The position numbers and the translations under genes were made by a program. A stretch of 64,000 bases of DNA from Amphiscolops sp. MND2022. Its lineage: Eukaryota. Below are positions 49,911-63,001 of this stretch, one piece after another. The stretch spans positions 36,768,001 to 36,832,000 of the forward strand of contig OZ076409.1 of the NCBI GenBank assembly GCA_964187785.1. The letters run 5' to 3'. Within the stretch, counting starts at the first letter, position 1. The number at the start of each line of letters is the position of its first letter. The notes below the pieces were generated by a model, which saw only the letters and a program-made list of their open reading frames with translations, searched no databases and was not told the origin of the DNA.

Positions 49911-51040
49911 CCAAGCTTCTCCGATTTTCACCATTCAAGAAATTTTTGTAGAATTTCAAAATGTTTGTGTCTGTCAGTCCCCTTTTTTTGGGGGACCTCA
50001 AATGACGGGATGGCTTTCTTCAAACCTCGACTGGAGCCTGAAAATATTGCGCTATATCCTCATTTTTAACGTTATATCCGAACTATATTGCGTTTTAGTA
50101 AGGAGGAGGCGGAGGTTCAAAAAAGCGTTCCCATTTGTCCCAGCATGGTATATCTAACTTTTCACGTTGTATCAGCTGTAAATCGCGTTTCACTAAGGAG
50201 GAGGCAGAGGTTCGAATCTTATCAGTTTCAATGTTTCGTTTAATAAAATCGGAAAAAAACTAAATTTTTACGTTTTATCCGAAATATTTGATATTTTTGG
50301 TGAGAATAAATGCCAAAAACTTTTTAGGCCCAAATGGGTCCCTCTTTGTTTTTTTTTCGTTACTGTGAAATGGTTTTCATGCTTGCAAATGTACATGAAA
50401 GACCAAAGGGTCCTCTGGGTTTTTGCTGTACTATGCGGCTTGTCGAAGACATTTTTTTCAACAAAAGGTTGAACATTTTTTAAATCACTTTTTTTAACGT
50501 TTTCTGTTAAGGAAAACCGTTTTCCGAGACTTAAGACATCTTTAGTTATTTTTTGGTCCTGTGGGACTGATGAGAGTTTTCTCAATACCTTCCAAAAAGA
50601 TCTACAGTTTAATGGGCACTGTGCGAATTTTTTCAGAAAAAAATCGTTTCGTCAGAGTGTAGTTCTTCATTTCCTAAACATTTTTTTAGCTTGGAAAAAG
50701 CGTTTTGCAATTTTAGACTTTTTTCGGCACTGTTAGACTTTTTTGACAGCAAAAATTGAACATTTTCCATCATTATTCGGGTTTTCGTGATACTTCCAGT
50801 TCCGAAAAAGCTAATTTCGAGATTTCGAGTCTCAAGGGTACCCCTCCGGCAATATTTTGGTCCCCGGAAGAAAAAACAATAAAAACTAGTAACTGTAAGA
50901 GTCTTTTGCGTTTCTTCAAAAAGCGCAAACTAAAAACAGAAGTGTCTATTTTTTCTTTTTTGAGTGGTGTAACGTTTTGCAAAAAAAATGAATGTTGCAA
51001 ATGGGTCCCCATCGCCTAGTTTGACATACTGGTGGTTCAC

Positions 51041-51588
51041 CCCAGTGTGAAAACTCTTGAAACACTTGCCAAGATCTTGCATATTCTTACATATTCCCGT
51101 TTACTCTTGAAAGTCTTGATAAGATATTGTTTATTCTTGCTTCTTGCTTCACGAAACCCTCTTGAATTTCTTGATAGGAATCTTGGTAAGAGTCTTATCA
51201 AGAGTGTCAAGAGAATGAATAAAGTTGTAAAACAAACAACAATTTTGTTTACAACTACCTTGCTGTTGTTCGCACTACCAGCTACACTATCATTCTTTGA
51301 AGTATTGGATATAGGACAACACAAAGTAGTGAAATTCAGAACGTGATAGCTTGGTTGGTAGCGCGAAAGGCTGCGGCATAATAGGTATGCTGATCAAGCT
51401 GCAGTTGGCGTCAGTTTTTGTTTGTTTTCATTCTCTTTTGTCAGTTCATTTCTTGAATTTCTTGACACGATCTTGCTAGATCTAACAAATTCGTGGATTT
51501 CTTGGTAAGAATCTTGCCAAGATTCTTACTAAGAAATCCAGGAATATCCAATATTCTTATCAAGAGTTGCAAGAGTTTTTACACTGGG
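51041..51588. mobile_element. TIR element (CACTA/EnSpm-like MITE)
   Basis: TIR CCCAGTGTRAAAACTCTTG; possible 2-bp TSD AC; many internal CAAGA/TCTTG repeats. Confidence 0.7.
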
Positions 51589-51774
51589 ACTACAGAAAAG
51601 TTTTTGATATTGAATAAAAAACAAAAATTAAGGTAACTTTGAGTTAACAAAAACGAACTATAGCGCTTTTTGAGTTTTGAGCTGGTACCGAATTGGGTCA
51701 TTATGGGTTTTCATTTTCTGCTACTCGCTTTTCAGCGGGTGGGAAAAATGTTTTCACAGTGTACTTTATTGAAG

Positions 51775-51916
51775 GTTTGCGATCGAGCACGTATGTCGCA
51801 TTTCGCGTATCATCAAGCAGTCCAGAGGCCACGCCCTGTTGGTGGGAGTCGGGGGTTCCGGAAGACAGAGTCTTACCCGGCTAGCCGCCCACATGGCAGA
51901 CTATGACCTCTTTCAG
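51775..51916 (+). CDS. DNAH7: dynein heavy chain exon (AAA4 P-loop)
   Basis: [47 protein letters not shown]|gtgag. Confidence 0.93.
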
Positions 51917-52131
51917 GTGAGAAGAACTAAATGAAGGCTCAAGTGACAAAGATGTTGAAAATAATAAATTGGAAAAACGTTCGTTTCACTTCAAACCATA
52001 GTTCTTTAAGCTCCGTGTGCTATACGCCTGAGAGAAACTTCGCGTCTAGTTACTTTTTACTTTTTTGGCCGATATAAAAGTTTCTTAGATTGATATTCCA
52101 TAATTTATGTGCCTGTGCCAAAATGACTCAG

Positions 52132-52491
52132 TTTTTAGTCGGTGCTTTTTCGTAGAAAAACGCAGACTATATTAGTGACTTTTCTTTTTTAAGACCAACG
52201 AAGTGACAGATTTTATAAGCTGACTCGAACTAACACAAAATGCCACACTACTTCTACTGGCACTTGAGATAGAGGTTAGATAGGCTTTTTTGAGGTCTCC
52301 TTCTACATTTTTTGACACTATGCGACTTATCGGAGACCAAAAAAATTTTGAGAAAAACTTCGAAAAAAATGGGATTTTTTCAATTTTTTCCTCATGCGGG
52401 TACTGTAGAAGAGAATATTTTATACTTTGAAGTCCTTTTGCTATTTTTGAGCCTTAGATATGGCGCCGACTTGGGCCGTTCCCGGCTTGTT
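52132..52491 (+). mobile_element. Helentron/DINE-1-like element, family B
   Basis: TTTTAGTCGGYGC start; GCGCCGACT plus GGGCCGTTCCC hairpin and CTTGTT end. Confidence 0.6.
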
Positions 52492-53231
52492 AGTTTTTGT
52501 GTATCAAATGAGAGTTTTGAAAAGCGATAGAACTGAAAAACGAGAAAAAAGCTTTTGTGGTAAGAACTAAATTGAAAAAAGACCAGGAATACAAATCATG
52601 TTATTTGGATGACTATGAATAGAAAAGCCATTTTAGAACAACAATTTTGCTGTCTTGACAGAGTTATTTGCTTTGTAAAGTCAGAAATCGTCTGACTACT
52701 GTTTCTCACAAAAGAAACCCTTCAAGCAACTGACTCATTAATCTCTTCAACAGTGGACGTGGACAAAAAAAACGAACGAAAATTCATTTTTGACAAAGTT
52801 TTCTGGGGAAAAGTTCTCTTCCTGGACTAGTCGCGAAATATGTCACATTATAAGTTTCAAATTAGCGTCATATTCCGCGTGCTATTTGACTTACGGTGAT
52901 TAGATGAGGTACTTACTTGAGAAACTTACACGTGAAAACCAAGTGATCGTGGCGGTGAAGAAGTGGAAATGTTTTCAGTTTTAATTCAAATAGTGGAGGA
53001 TGCATTGTTACCCTTCAAAATGTTTCCATGCAGACTCCCGGATTTTTCCATGTTTTGTAAAAAGTTAGCCTGCATGTTTCCATGCAACATGTAAAAAATT
53101 CAAGCAATCCTGACTAGGGTCTAGCGTCTGAATGTGTATGATTTGATTCATTTTTGCAATCGTTGACCTTTTTGTTGAAATTGCTCTTTGCTTCCGCTAT
53201 GCAGTTCGTTTGTATAACTACGTTTTTACAG

Positions 53232-53345
53232 GTTGAGCTGAGCAAAGCTTATGGCATGAACGAGTGGCGAGAGGACTTGAAGAATATCACTCGCAAGACG
53301 GCAGAGGGCGACAACAACACTGTTTTTCTCTTCAGCGACACTCAG
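53232..53345 (+). CDS. DNAH7: dynein heavy chain exon
   Basis: VELSKAYGMNEWREDLK...VFLFSDTQ. Confidence 0.92.
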
Positions 53346-53552
53346 GTCAGTTCGGAAAGAAAGCAAGTTCCACTACTTTAGTTAAGCTTGAGCTAAGAAA
53401 ACTTTTCATCTCCTTAAGGTCAAAGGCTATTTCTTTCTTCGAATGTCATACATTTTGGATTTCATCTCGTGATGTTTTTCGGGGCAATTCAATTTTCGCA
53501 GTCGTAAAAGTTAAGTTAAAAATCTATATGTAAATTCTTTCTCTTTTTCCAG

Positions 53553-53671
53553 ATAAAAGTTGAAGCTTTCTTGGAAGATATAAACAACTTGCTCAACGCA
53601 GGAGAAGTGCCTAACATATTCCCGGTTGACGAGAAACAAGAAATTTGTGAGAAAATGCGCCAAATCGAAAG
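53553..53671 (+). CDS. DNAH7: dynein heavy chain exon
   Basis: IKVEAFLEDINNLLNAGEVPNIF. Confidence 0.92.
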
Positions 53672-54314
53672 GTTTGTTCCTTATTTTCATTTCAAAGGAC
53701 CTATTAAAAAAACGTTTCTGTAGTTTAATTTTTTTTGTATTTGTATTTTGCAGAAAACAGTCAGTATTATTCGAATAACAGTAATATAGCTTTTCATGAT
53801 TCAGCGTAATTATATTCATTATAACCTCCTGAATCATCATTAAAATCGTGATCAAATTCAATTTACTTCATCGTCCTGTGATAATATTTCACTTTCACTT
53901 CTCACCTTGATGTCCACTGTTTCTTCAAATTTTGAAAAAACTCTTTTTTGAACATTTATTTTTTGACCATCGTCATCATATTTGTTAGAAACTATATCGT
54001 TTTGTCATTGAATTCACAAATTTTAGTTTTTCTTGCCGCTTGCAAATATATTTGAGCCAAAGATTGAGACATGGTTTGGATCAAACCAAAGATTTGTGAA
54101 ATACTACCACTTGTAGCTCGTCTAAAATTTTTTTTGGATCGTTTCTGTTAATTCACCCCCACAGGATTAATCCCCACAGTTAAGCGGTCAAGTGAAATTA
54201 TGGGGGGATTACGGAATTAAAATTTTCGCGCTTACTATGAGGCGATTAGCAAAAAGCGATTCACCATTTTCTTGAAGCCTACTAAGAATGACGTAATTCT
54301 GGCGTAATTTCCAG

Positions 54315-54495
54315 ACAAAGAGACAAGAACAAGCAGACAGACGGATCTCCTCTGAGTTTGTTCAACATGTTCGTGGACAGATGCAAGGAGCAGCTTCATA
54401 TAGTGCTCACGATGAGTCCCATTGGAGACGCCTTCCGCAACAGACTGCGCAAGTTCCCCTCCCTCGTCAACTGCTGCACCATCGACTGGTTCCAG
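54315..54495 (+). CDS. DNAH7: dynein heavy chain exon
   Basis: LHIVLTMSPIGDAFRNRLRKFPSLVNCCTIDWFQ. Confidence 0.93.
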
Positions 54496-55200
54496 GTTGG
54501 CAGGCCTTCAAGTTCTATCATCCCATCCCAAATTGAAGGGTTGTTTGGTCATTTATGTCGGGAGACAGCTCTTCCTTTGATAATAGCTTTGAAAAGCTGT
54601 TTTTGCTGCAGAAAATTATGAAGTCGAAGAGAAAGCTCGAATTTTTTTTCAAAACCGATGCAGTTTGATTGATCTGAACAGTTTGAATTAAAAGGCTATA
54701 TTAGCACGCTTACACAGAAGATTTGTGGTTGTTTTGTTGATATGTACCATTTTGTTCGAAATTTTTAATCACAAAGGAGATGATTAACTTCGAGCATATG
54801 AACTTTATACTTCTGAAACTTTCCGGCAACTTAACCTTGGCTTTAAAAAAAGACCAAGATTTTTCGAGAAATTGGCTTTAAACGTGTAACATTTCTTTTC
54901 CAAACAGAGACTGACACAATTGTGTGTTAATATGCCAATAGAGGTTGCATAGTATCGAAAATGTTTTGAGTGATTCTCAGTGGACTATGCAAAAAATAGT
55001 GCAGTCAGCTAACATTCACTGCGCATGTAATCGATTGGTTGCAGCGAAATCCAGTGTTTCAACCATTGGAGTGGGTTGACACTCCATGCATGTCGTATTA
55101 CGATTTGCTACGATTGCGTCTCCATCACGTGAGAATCTTAGCAGTGATCAGGGTTACCGAAATTAATATTTTGGTAATATTGTAGCCAAAAATACTTTTA

Positions 55201-55491
55201 TTATTTTCCGCCCACATATAATGGGGGAGGAAAATCATGATCTGTGTTGGTTTTTTTTCCAAATTCTGCCAAATCCCCTCCCAGTTCCTCCCACTTATAG
55301 TTACTTGACTATCTTGGCGCCATCCACTACTTGACTACTTTATATAGTTACTTGACTATTTTAGTTACTTGAACTGAAATCTCCACCATGGTAGTGCGTC
55401 TGCCTGGTAGACACGAGGTCGTGGGTTCGAACCCAGGCTGATGCGTTACATTTTTAGCGGAAAATATCCCGGTGCTTAGCGGGCGTCTTGT
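55201..55491 (+). mobile_element. Family A repeat copy with tRNA-like core and internal AGTTACTTGACT repeats
   Basis: Family A termini; B-box GGTTCGAACCC. Confidence 0.6.
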
Positions 55492-55981
55492 ATTATTTCT
55501 ATTCTCAAAAAATAAATAATTGCAAACATTTGTTTCAAAAATAAGTTATTGCAATAATTGCAAAAATTTCACAATATAATTCTACAATCATATGAGTTTT
55601 GAAACAGTTTCTGCCGACCAGAGTTCCCTGTTATAATGGAAAATTTGAATGCCTCCATATGCAGTGGACCTAAGAGACGGTTATGGGTTATAATCCAGTC
55701 AATCCATGCAAAAATATTGTAAGCTTTTGCTGAAACTTTATTGCAGAATTATTTTGGCGGTTAAATAAATAATTTGTATTTCGAGATTCGAAAAGAAAGT
55801 ATTTTTGTTGAAATGATTTTTTCGGTAACCCTGGCCGTGATAGTGTTACCATTCGTATTAAAATTGGCGTGATGTCGTAGTAAGATCGTACTAAGAAACG
55901 TATGATACAGTTCGTATACAGTGTTGGCAAAGCACACCATAAACTCAAAAGAATAGTTTCAGCTTCAAGCCTAATTAACCA

Positions 55982-56577
55982 CCTCGACAGTGATTTCGTC
56001 CTCAAATGAGGACAGCGATTTTTTTCTCAATCAATAATATATTACGACACGCAAAAAGCCTAGAGGAAAACGAAAAATTGTCTTTCTTATGGACAATCGA
56101 TTGGACTATATGGCGTGAATAGTTATTTATGTCAATATAGATTTTTTCAGAAATAATGGCAAAAAAGTAACTGAAAAAAACGTGAAAAAGTGCAGAAAAA
56201 TACATTTCAGAAAATTCGTTTCTTCTCAAAAACTGAGCAACTGTTTGCTAAATTACTGTCTCACTCTAGTAACACAGTTTGCCACCATTGAAAACGCATA
56301 TAGAAGTTTTTTTCAATGAAGCTTCAGTTATGAGTTCAACCGATATTTGAAAAGCCCGGCACAGCCGGGCCCGCGCCGCCGGGGTGGCGCTCTCACCCCA
56401 ACAAGTGGCGCCAACTCGCGACGTAACTAGTGTGCATTTGAAAGCTTACATAGGTAAAGGGCTTTCAGGAACAAAAAACCGATCAGAGCTGCGGCTCATA
56501 TTTGTGGAGAAATGAAGCTTTGAAAAAAATTTGCTAAAATTTTGTCAATTTTTCGACTTCTCGGTGTACTGTCGAGT
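55982..56577. mobile_element. Second copy of the piggyBac-like MITE
   Basis: Colinear similarity to 14930-15504; ends slightly degenerate. Confidence 0.75.
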
Positions 56578-57506
56578 TTATACTGAGGAAATCGAAAAAA
56601 AAACTTTTTGGCGTTTTTTTTCATGAAAATGTCATCTACAGCCAAAAACAAGCAAGTTAGGACGTTTGGAGGGTTCCTACTACGTTTTTCATCATTTCTG
56701 TATAATTAAGACAACAACCTTGCAAAGTAGCAGTGTTTGTTACCAAATTAATCAGGAAAGGGTGGTTTTAGACCATGAAAATGAACACTCAAGTGGAAGC
56801 TAATACACGTTGAGAAATTTGTGTGCTTTGTTAAATCATTGCAAGAGACAGTTCCGTACGTCACAATTTTTGGCAATTTCAAGTTACTAATATGATTTAT
56901 GACGAATTAGTAATTTATCCCGAAGTTATCAGAAGCGCTTTTGCATGAATAGACGACGCCTGACAAAGTTGTTTGGAATTACAATGTAACAATTCATGCA
57001 TCGTGATTTTCATGCTTCATTTATCACTGCTAGAGAAAACCTTGTCACACTGTGACAGTATGAGGTCCCTGAATTATACAATATCTTGCCAGGATCTTAC
57101 TACCATGGGCGTGATAGTGCTGTGAGGGTCAACTTGGGAAATCACATTGGAGATTGTAGTTTTTACTTCGTAGCCAATGAGATAGCTACGAAGTGCGCTA
57201 ATGCGTGCAGTGCAATCAGTGCAATATTTCAGATATTTGCTATGAAATTTTTCCGGCACATGCTCAAATTTGCCAAAAGATTGCACAGTAATAAAAAATT
57301 ATGAGCAGATTTGATAGTTTTGTTCGATTTTTGAAGGTTAGAGTGTCTCCAGACTTTGATCCCCTAAACTAGGTTGATGGTGAGTATTCCTTCTATGTTC
57401 CGCAAATCAATCATGAAATTTAGACGCAATTGTTATACAATAATACCCACACTGTACTCACACTATATTCATACTGTTTTTGATGAACGTGTCCATACGT
57501 TTCTAG

Positions 57507-57736
57507 GCGTGGCCAGACGATGCCCTTCAAGCAGTGGCCAACCGGTTCTTGGGGGACATAGAGATGACAGACGAGGTGCGCGACTGCTGCATTGTGCTGT
57601 GCAAGAGGTTCCACACCTCGACCAGAGATCTCAGTGAAAGGTTCCAGGCCCAGCTACAGAGGTTCAATTACGTCACTCCAACCTCCTATCTGGAGCTGAT
57701 CAGCACTTACAAAACACTGCTCGACAAAAAACGAAC
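57507..57736 (+). CDS. DNAH7: dynein heavy chain exon
   Basis: AWPDDALQAVANRFL...NYVTPTSYLELI. Confidence 0.93.
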
Positions 57737-58057
57737 GTAACACGATTTCATTTCATCAGTTTTACAATTATAATCACTGTTTCATGGTTATTACAAATTC
57801 AAATCATACTTTAAAGTACATATACACTTATCTGTGGAAAATAGACGCATCAAAACTAGTTTTACGAGATGTAGATTTACGTTGGGGAAACAAGATGAAT
57901 ATCATATGATGTCAAAAGTAAAGGTTTACAAGGCCCAACATGTTTTTTGTAGCTACTGAAATGTATGAATCTTACCATGTATTCAGTCTAATCTGAAAAA
58001 TTATAATCATCAGAAGTTTTTACTTGATATGTTCTTTTCTTTTTTGAATTTTATTAG

Positions 58058-58187
58058 GGAAGTCATGAAAATGAAAAGACGGTACGAGGTGGGTCTAGAG
58101 AAACTGCAGCTTGCAGAGGGTGAGGTCGGAATCATGCAAAAGGAGCTCAATGACCTACAGCCCCAACTGGTCACTGCTAGTAAGGAG
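58058..58187 (+). CDS. DNAH7: dynein heavy chain exon (stalk coiled-coil start)
   Basis: RYEVGLEKL...MQKELNDLQPQL; gtaagt donor; next exon lies beyond the window. Confidence 0.9.
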
Positions 58188-58494
58188 GTAAGTCACAACT
58201 CGTGTCACATAGAGGTCAAAAGGTCAATCACAGACTTGTGAAATTTCTGAAGTCCTTCATCATATAGGAATAGATGGTTCAAACAAAAGATATATGATAC
58301 GAGACACCAAATATCAATCAACGTCAACTGTTAAACGTCAATTTTGCTGATACATGTACTCCGCTGCACACAAAGTACCATCTGTGAAATATTTTTTTTT
58401 TCAGAACAATAATATTTATAAACTTTTTTGTACAAATACAGCGTTCAAGAATAAATCATGTGTCTTTATTCAATGAACCTCTGATCAAAATGCT

Positions 58495-58785
58495 TCATAT
58501 GCATGGACACATTCTGGACTGTCTGCTGGGTTTCGGCTGAATAACGAAAGGTGTGTTTAAATTGACAGCCTTTTCTCTTCTGGCCGTGTCGGACTTTATC
58601 ATTGTTTCAATCAAACTCTCGAACAATTCTGTAACTCCGGTGTTAGTTTTAGCTGATGTCTGACAATAGTTGTGAAAATTAAGTTGTTCACACAATGTCT
58701 CGATGCTTGTCTGGTCGATGACACCCAGATCTGATTTTGTTCCCACCAGAAAAATGGGGATATCCTCTGCCACCACGTCTTGTGC
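58495..58785 (-). CDS. Rab-family GTPase exon 3
   Basis: IPIFLVGTKSD (G4), QTSAK (G5), C-terminal CPCI prenylation motif; AATAAA at 58470-58465. Confidence 0.87.
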   Translation of the reverse strand, partial: AQDVVAEDIPIFLVGTKSDLGVIDQTSIETLCEQLNFHNYCQTSAKTNTGVTELFESLIETMIKSDTARREKAVNLNTPFVIQPKPSRQSRMCPCI

Positions 58786-59228
58786 CTGTTATTTATATAA
58801 CAACACAGATCACTGTTATGTTTTTATTAATGTCAACCGTTTGGTTTATACTAAGTATTCAATTTTTTTCTGCTGATTTTCAAAAGAAAGGCGTATTATT
58901 TTGATCAATTACATCAAGAATAAGAAAACAATACGAAAAATTATTTTCGAAAAAAAAACTTTTTTGTTCGTGAAATCTAGTTTTATAAACCAATCAAAAA
59001 CCCAAATTAGCTTCGGAACCATTAATAAATCAAATGTTGAAATGATTTAATAAATCAAATTGATGTAGATTATTTTTTGAGCGATCGATTAGGACGCTCA
59101 ATGAAAACTGATAAATTAATTTTTCCCAAAATATTTTCATGCAGATATATTATTTTTCAGGATTTTGAGGGAAATTTTCAAGATTCACAAAATTTTACAT
59201 TGAGTATTCTGAGTAAAAAAAAGCATCC

Positions 59229-59458
59229 CTGTTGTTTCCATTCGGCGACATTGGAAAGAGAATTGTCATATCCAGACAGACAGAAGGTAATGATAATTCC
59301 ACTAGAGTCTTTGAAGAAGTTTCTGGTCAGGGTGTACTGAGTGCGATATTGCCCGGCAATGTCCCAAATTTGAAGGGCGATTAGTTCTCCGTTCACCTCG
59401 ATTGTCGTAGAGCGGAAATCAGCTCCAATAGTAACTTTGTATCTGTCACTAAAATCAT
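59229..59458 (-). CDS. Rab-family GTPase exon 2
   Basis: YKVTIGADF (G2), LQIWDIAGQ (G3); phase-1 acceptor; apparent GG donor. Confidence 0.87.
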
Positions 59459-60195
59459 CTGGAACAGATTTGAAATGGTGAAACTCAATTGTTGGTTCAT
59501 TCTACAATTATATACGAATCTGGCACTCGATATTTTGAAACCGTCGTTAGGGTCATCGGATTTTTCAAACAATCAAACCATGTCATGAAGTTGGAATCCC
59601 CCACATACGTACGTGGGTTATTCCGACAGTTTTCATGCAAAAAATTGCGAAACCTTGTGAGAATACCCATTTTTGAAAAGCAGAATTGTCTATTCGACAT
59701 CCCAAATAGATGAATTGAACTTTCGTTTTCTTATTGGATCTCAACTTTCGACTGTTTTTGGCCATTGGTTTTCATGTTTTTTGATATTTTTGTAGGTATG
59801 ACTTTTTACAGTGTTCAAAAACAAAACAAATACCATTTTACCATTATCTTGTTCAGAGATTTTTTTTCAAAAAATAACCAAGATGAACGTAAAAACCAAA
59901 TTTTTCAGATTTTCAAGTTTTGCAAGTTCATAGTTTACTTGGTAAGCTCGAGTCTGAGAATCTGTCTTCGTTCAATTGTTTTGAGCGAACATTTTCTTGC
60001 TGTCAAGCGGGCGTCTTGTTTTAAATTTAGTGAGCAAAGGTTTAGGATACCTTGGAACGTTTCTAAACGAAAAACTCCAGGTTTCATTTCCATAAAGCTA
60101 CCGAAAAGTTTTTGACGTAAAACTAGTCTGAACAGATACTAACTGTGATGCTTTTTAGCTCTATTTTCCCGAACAAAATTTGATTCTCACTTTAG

Positions 60196-60482
60196 TTATT
60201 TTCCGCCCACATATAATGAGGGAGGAAAAAAATCATAATATGTGTTGCGTTTTTCATTTTCCGCCCACATATATTGGGGGAGGAAAATCATAATCTGTGT
60301 TGAGTTTTTTTTTTACAAATTTTGCCAAATCTCCACTTTATTACTCCATTTATTGAACTCTAGTCACCATGGCTCAGTTGGTAGTGCATCTGCCTGGGAG
60401 ACACGAGGTCGTAGGTTCGAACCAGTGCTGATGCGTTACATTTTTAGCGGAAAATATCCCGTTGTTTAGCGGGCTTCTTGTT
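60196..60482 (+). mobile_element. Family A repeat copy with tRNA-like core
   Basis: Duplicated 5' end; A-box GGCTCAGTTGG and B-box GGTTCGAACC. Confidence 0.6.
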
Positions 60483-60654
60483 CTCAGTTTTTCTTCGTTT
60501 ATTTCGGTCTCTTGGAAAGACGGAAGGGAACACTTTAGATGTGGTTGGTTGCAATGAACCTTTAAGGCTTAGAAGACGGTTGCTTCATCGTTGTTCTGTA
60601 GTTAGCCCTAGTTTAGACTGCTGGAACTTGTTACATGTTGCAGGCCTGTATGTA

Positions 60655-61450
60655 ACATTACACTGCATAGGCAAGCTATTTTGCTGCTTGTCGTGGAATC
60701 CGGGACACGAAAACTGAGAAAAGTCGTGGATTCCAGGACAAAATTTCCCTTTGATGTTAAGCGTGTCTTGGATTCCACGCCAATACTGCTGCTATAATGA
60801 GGCTTTTGCCGCTCTTCTCTGATTGGTCCGCTGATTTTAAGTGATCATTATTGGAAAGGAAGAAGAACTTGAAACATACCAATTTTATATCAATTGAAAT
60901 TGTTTTGATTGACACGAAAATTCCCAAAGTACGAATAGAGATACCCATGACTGGTACCAAACTTGCAGCATGTCATCAAAAAATGGCAGATTGTGATGAT
61001 CTGACCGTTTGTTCAAAACTTGTACTAAACTGAAAAATACGAAAATTTGTGTAATATTGGTGTGTTAGTATTAATCATTTTGAATTAATATACGAAAAGT
61101 AGTGCATAACATTATGTTTGTTCAGTCTTCCACTTGAATTTAATTCAAGAAGAGATGCGGCGTATTGCTTCAAACATAAAGTCGTGGAATCCAGGAAATT
61201 TATGATTTCTCCAATCTGATTGGTTCGTTTTGCAAAAGTTACGTTTTTGTGGAATCCGGGACAAAGCGGCATGCCGACAGTGCGTACAGCTAAACATTTG
61301 TTACTGGAATCCAAGACTAAATCCGTGGACTCCGGGACTTATGACTTAATTTGCAAATTTTGCACGGTTAAAGGTATGGTCGTGGAATCCGTGGTATTGA
61401 AAGCACAAAATTGTGCTTTGGGAAAATTTAGCTTGCCAATGCACTCTAAT
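60655..61450. mobile_element. MITE-like element in Rab intron 1
   Basis: Imperfect TIR around TGCATWGGCAAGCTA; about 8 subterminal GTGGAATCC copies. Confidence 0.6.
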
Positions 61451-61888
61451 GAGAGTAATTTTGTTGAAAAACCTAGAAAATTCAGACTGCGCGCACGGAA
61501 AAATCTTTGAGAAATTTCCCTGCAAGCATTACAAAATCTGCAAGCGATCTTCAAGAAATTTCAATGAGCAAAAACTTGAGACAAATCGCTGTCTCTTCTC
61601 ACTGAATGCTACTTTTAGTGCTAGCACTGAAAGTAAGAATCCAAATAAATGAAAACAGAACAAATGGAATTAGAGAGCTGCAACAACCTTTATTCTCGAC
61701 TGAGATTTTGGCAAATTTCCTGCAACCCTCAAGACTAGTTTTTTTTCAGGATGATTATTTTGGCTAATTTTGAAAACCGTTTAACTTTAAACCTGACTTT
61801 TGGTTTTAGAATAATTTTTTGGTTAAATCTTTAGAAAAATTAACGGGGTAGTCAAAATTAGGAGAAACTGAGAAAAATAAGAACTCAC

Positions 61889-61970
61889 CGTCGATATATC
61901 TGTTGACAAGGCAAGTCTTGCCAGTCCTGGAGTCCCCGGCCAACGCAATTTTGAACTGTCGTGAAGTCAT
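61889..61970 (-). CDS. Rab-family GTPase exon 1
   Basis: MTSRQFKIALAGDSRTGKTCLVNRYID (G1 P-loop); G|gtgagt donor. Confidence 0.85.
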
Positions 61971-63001
61971 ATACTTTCATATAACCAATTTTAACTGTTA
62001 AAAATTCGAATTTCGGCGTTGCTTTGACACAAGATCAGAGAACAATAAGTCAGTCGATCTTTGACGACAGTCGAAAGTTGTTTAATTGTTTGCAAAGAAG
62101 TTTATCGAAAAACACGAATGATTCCAAGCTTTGTTTTGTCAGTGTCGTCATGTCTTGGGCTGCTTGGCATAGTTTTACAATTTTAGTATGTGTTCGAAGT
62201 TGTGATCATTGCTATTAATATTGGCTTCATTCACTGGGCCAAAACAGAGAAAAGAGAGCATGAATTTTATTATTTTCCTCCCACATAAATAATAGAATTT
62301 GGCTGGAAATAACAAAAAGCATAGAACCTAATAAAATTAGAACTCGGCAATATTTGGGAAAAAGCGGCCGAAGTTTGCATATCTTTTGACATGTCGCAAA
62401 GAACATTTTGTTCAGCCGCTTTTCTGCTTTCTCAGAGGTTCTGGCTCCGAATGTAACTAGGAAACAATTAAGTTCATAGCATATGTATCCATAGACACAT
62501 TCGATTTTCTGAAAAAGTCTTAAAATGTGATGTTCCTCAAATTGTTTCTCTTTTTCTCTAATTTTCTGCTGTTTTACTCCCATTTTGAATAACTATTGTA
62601 CGTTTTTCGTGGGAAAGATTTTTCAAAGAGTTAAACGACAAAAATTCAGCTTCCTACTATACTTTATCACATAGAGAAAGTAACATTTATTTTTCAACAA
62701 GTATTTGAATTGAACAAAAACGTTTTGAAATTTTCATTTTAAAAAATTATGCAAGTTTCGTCGTGTATTTGTGGCAATCGTGGCCTAAACCCATCTTGTT
62801 GCTAAACCGAATTTTTGGCGGAAAAGCTCAAAGCTCAGTAAGAATTACCCCAAAGCTCAAGCGTGACTTTTTTTCAAGTTTTTCTCATTAATTGAAAGGA
62901 CGTTTTCCCAACTTCAAGAGTGAGAAGCTTTGCTGTTATATTCAGAATAACACCAAATGCTATTTTATGATGCAAAACACTGTTATAATTACCAAATGCT
63001 A

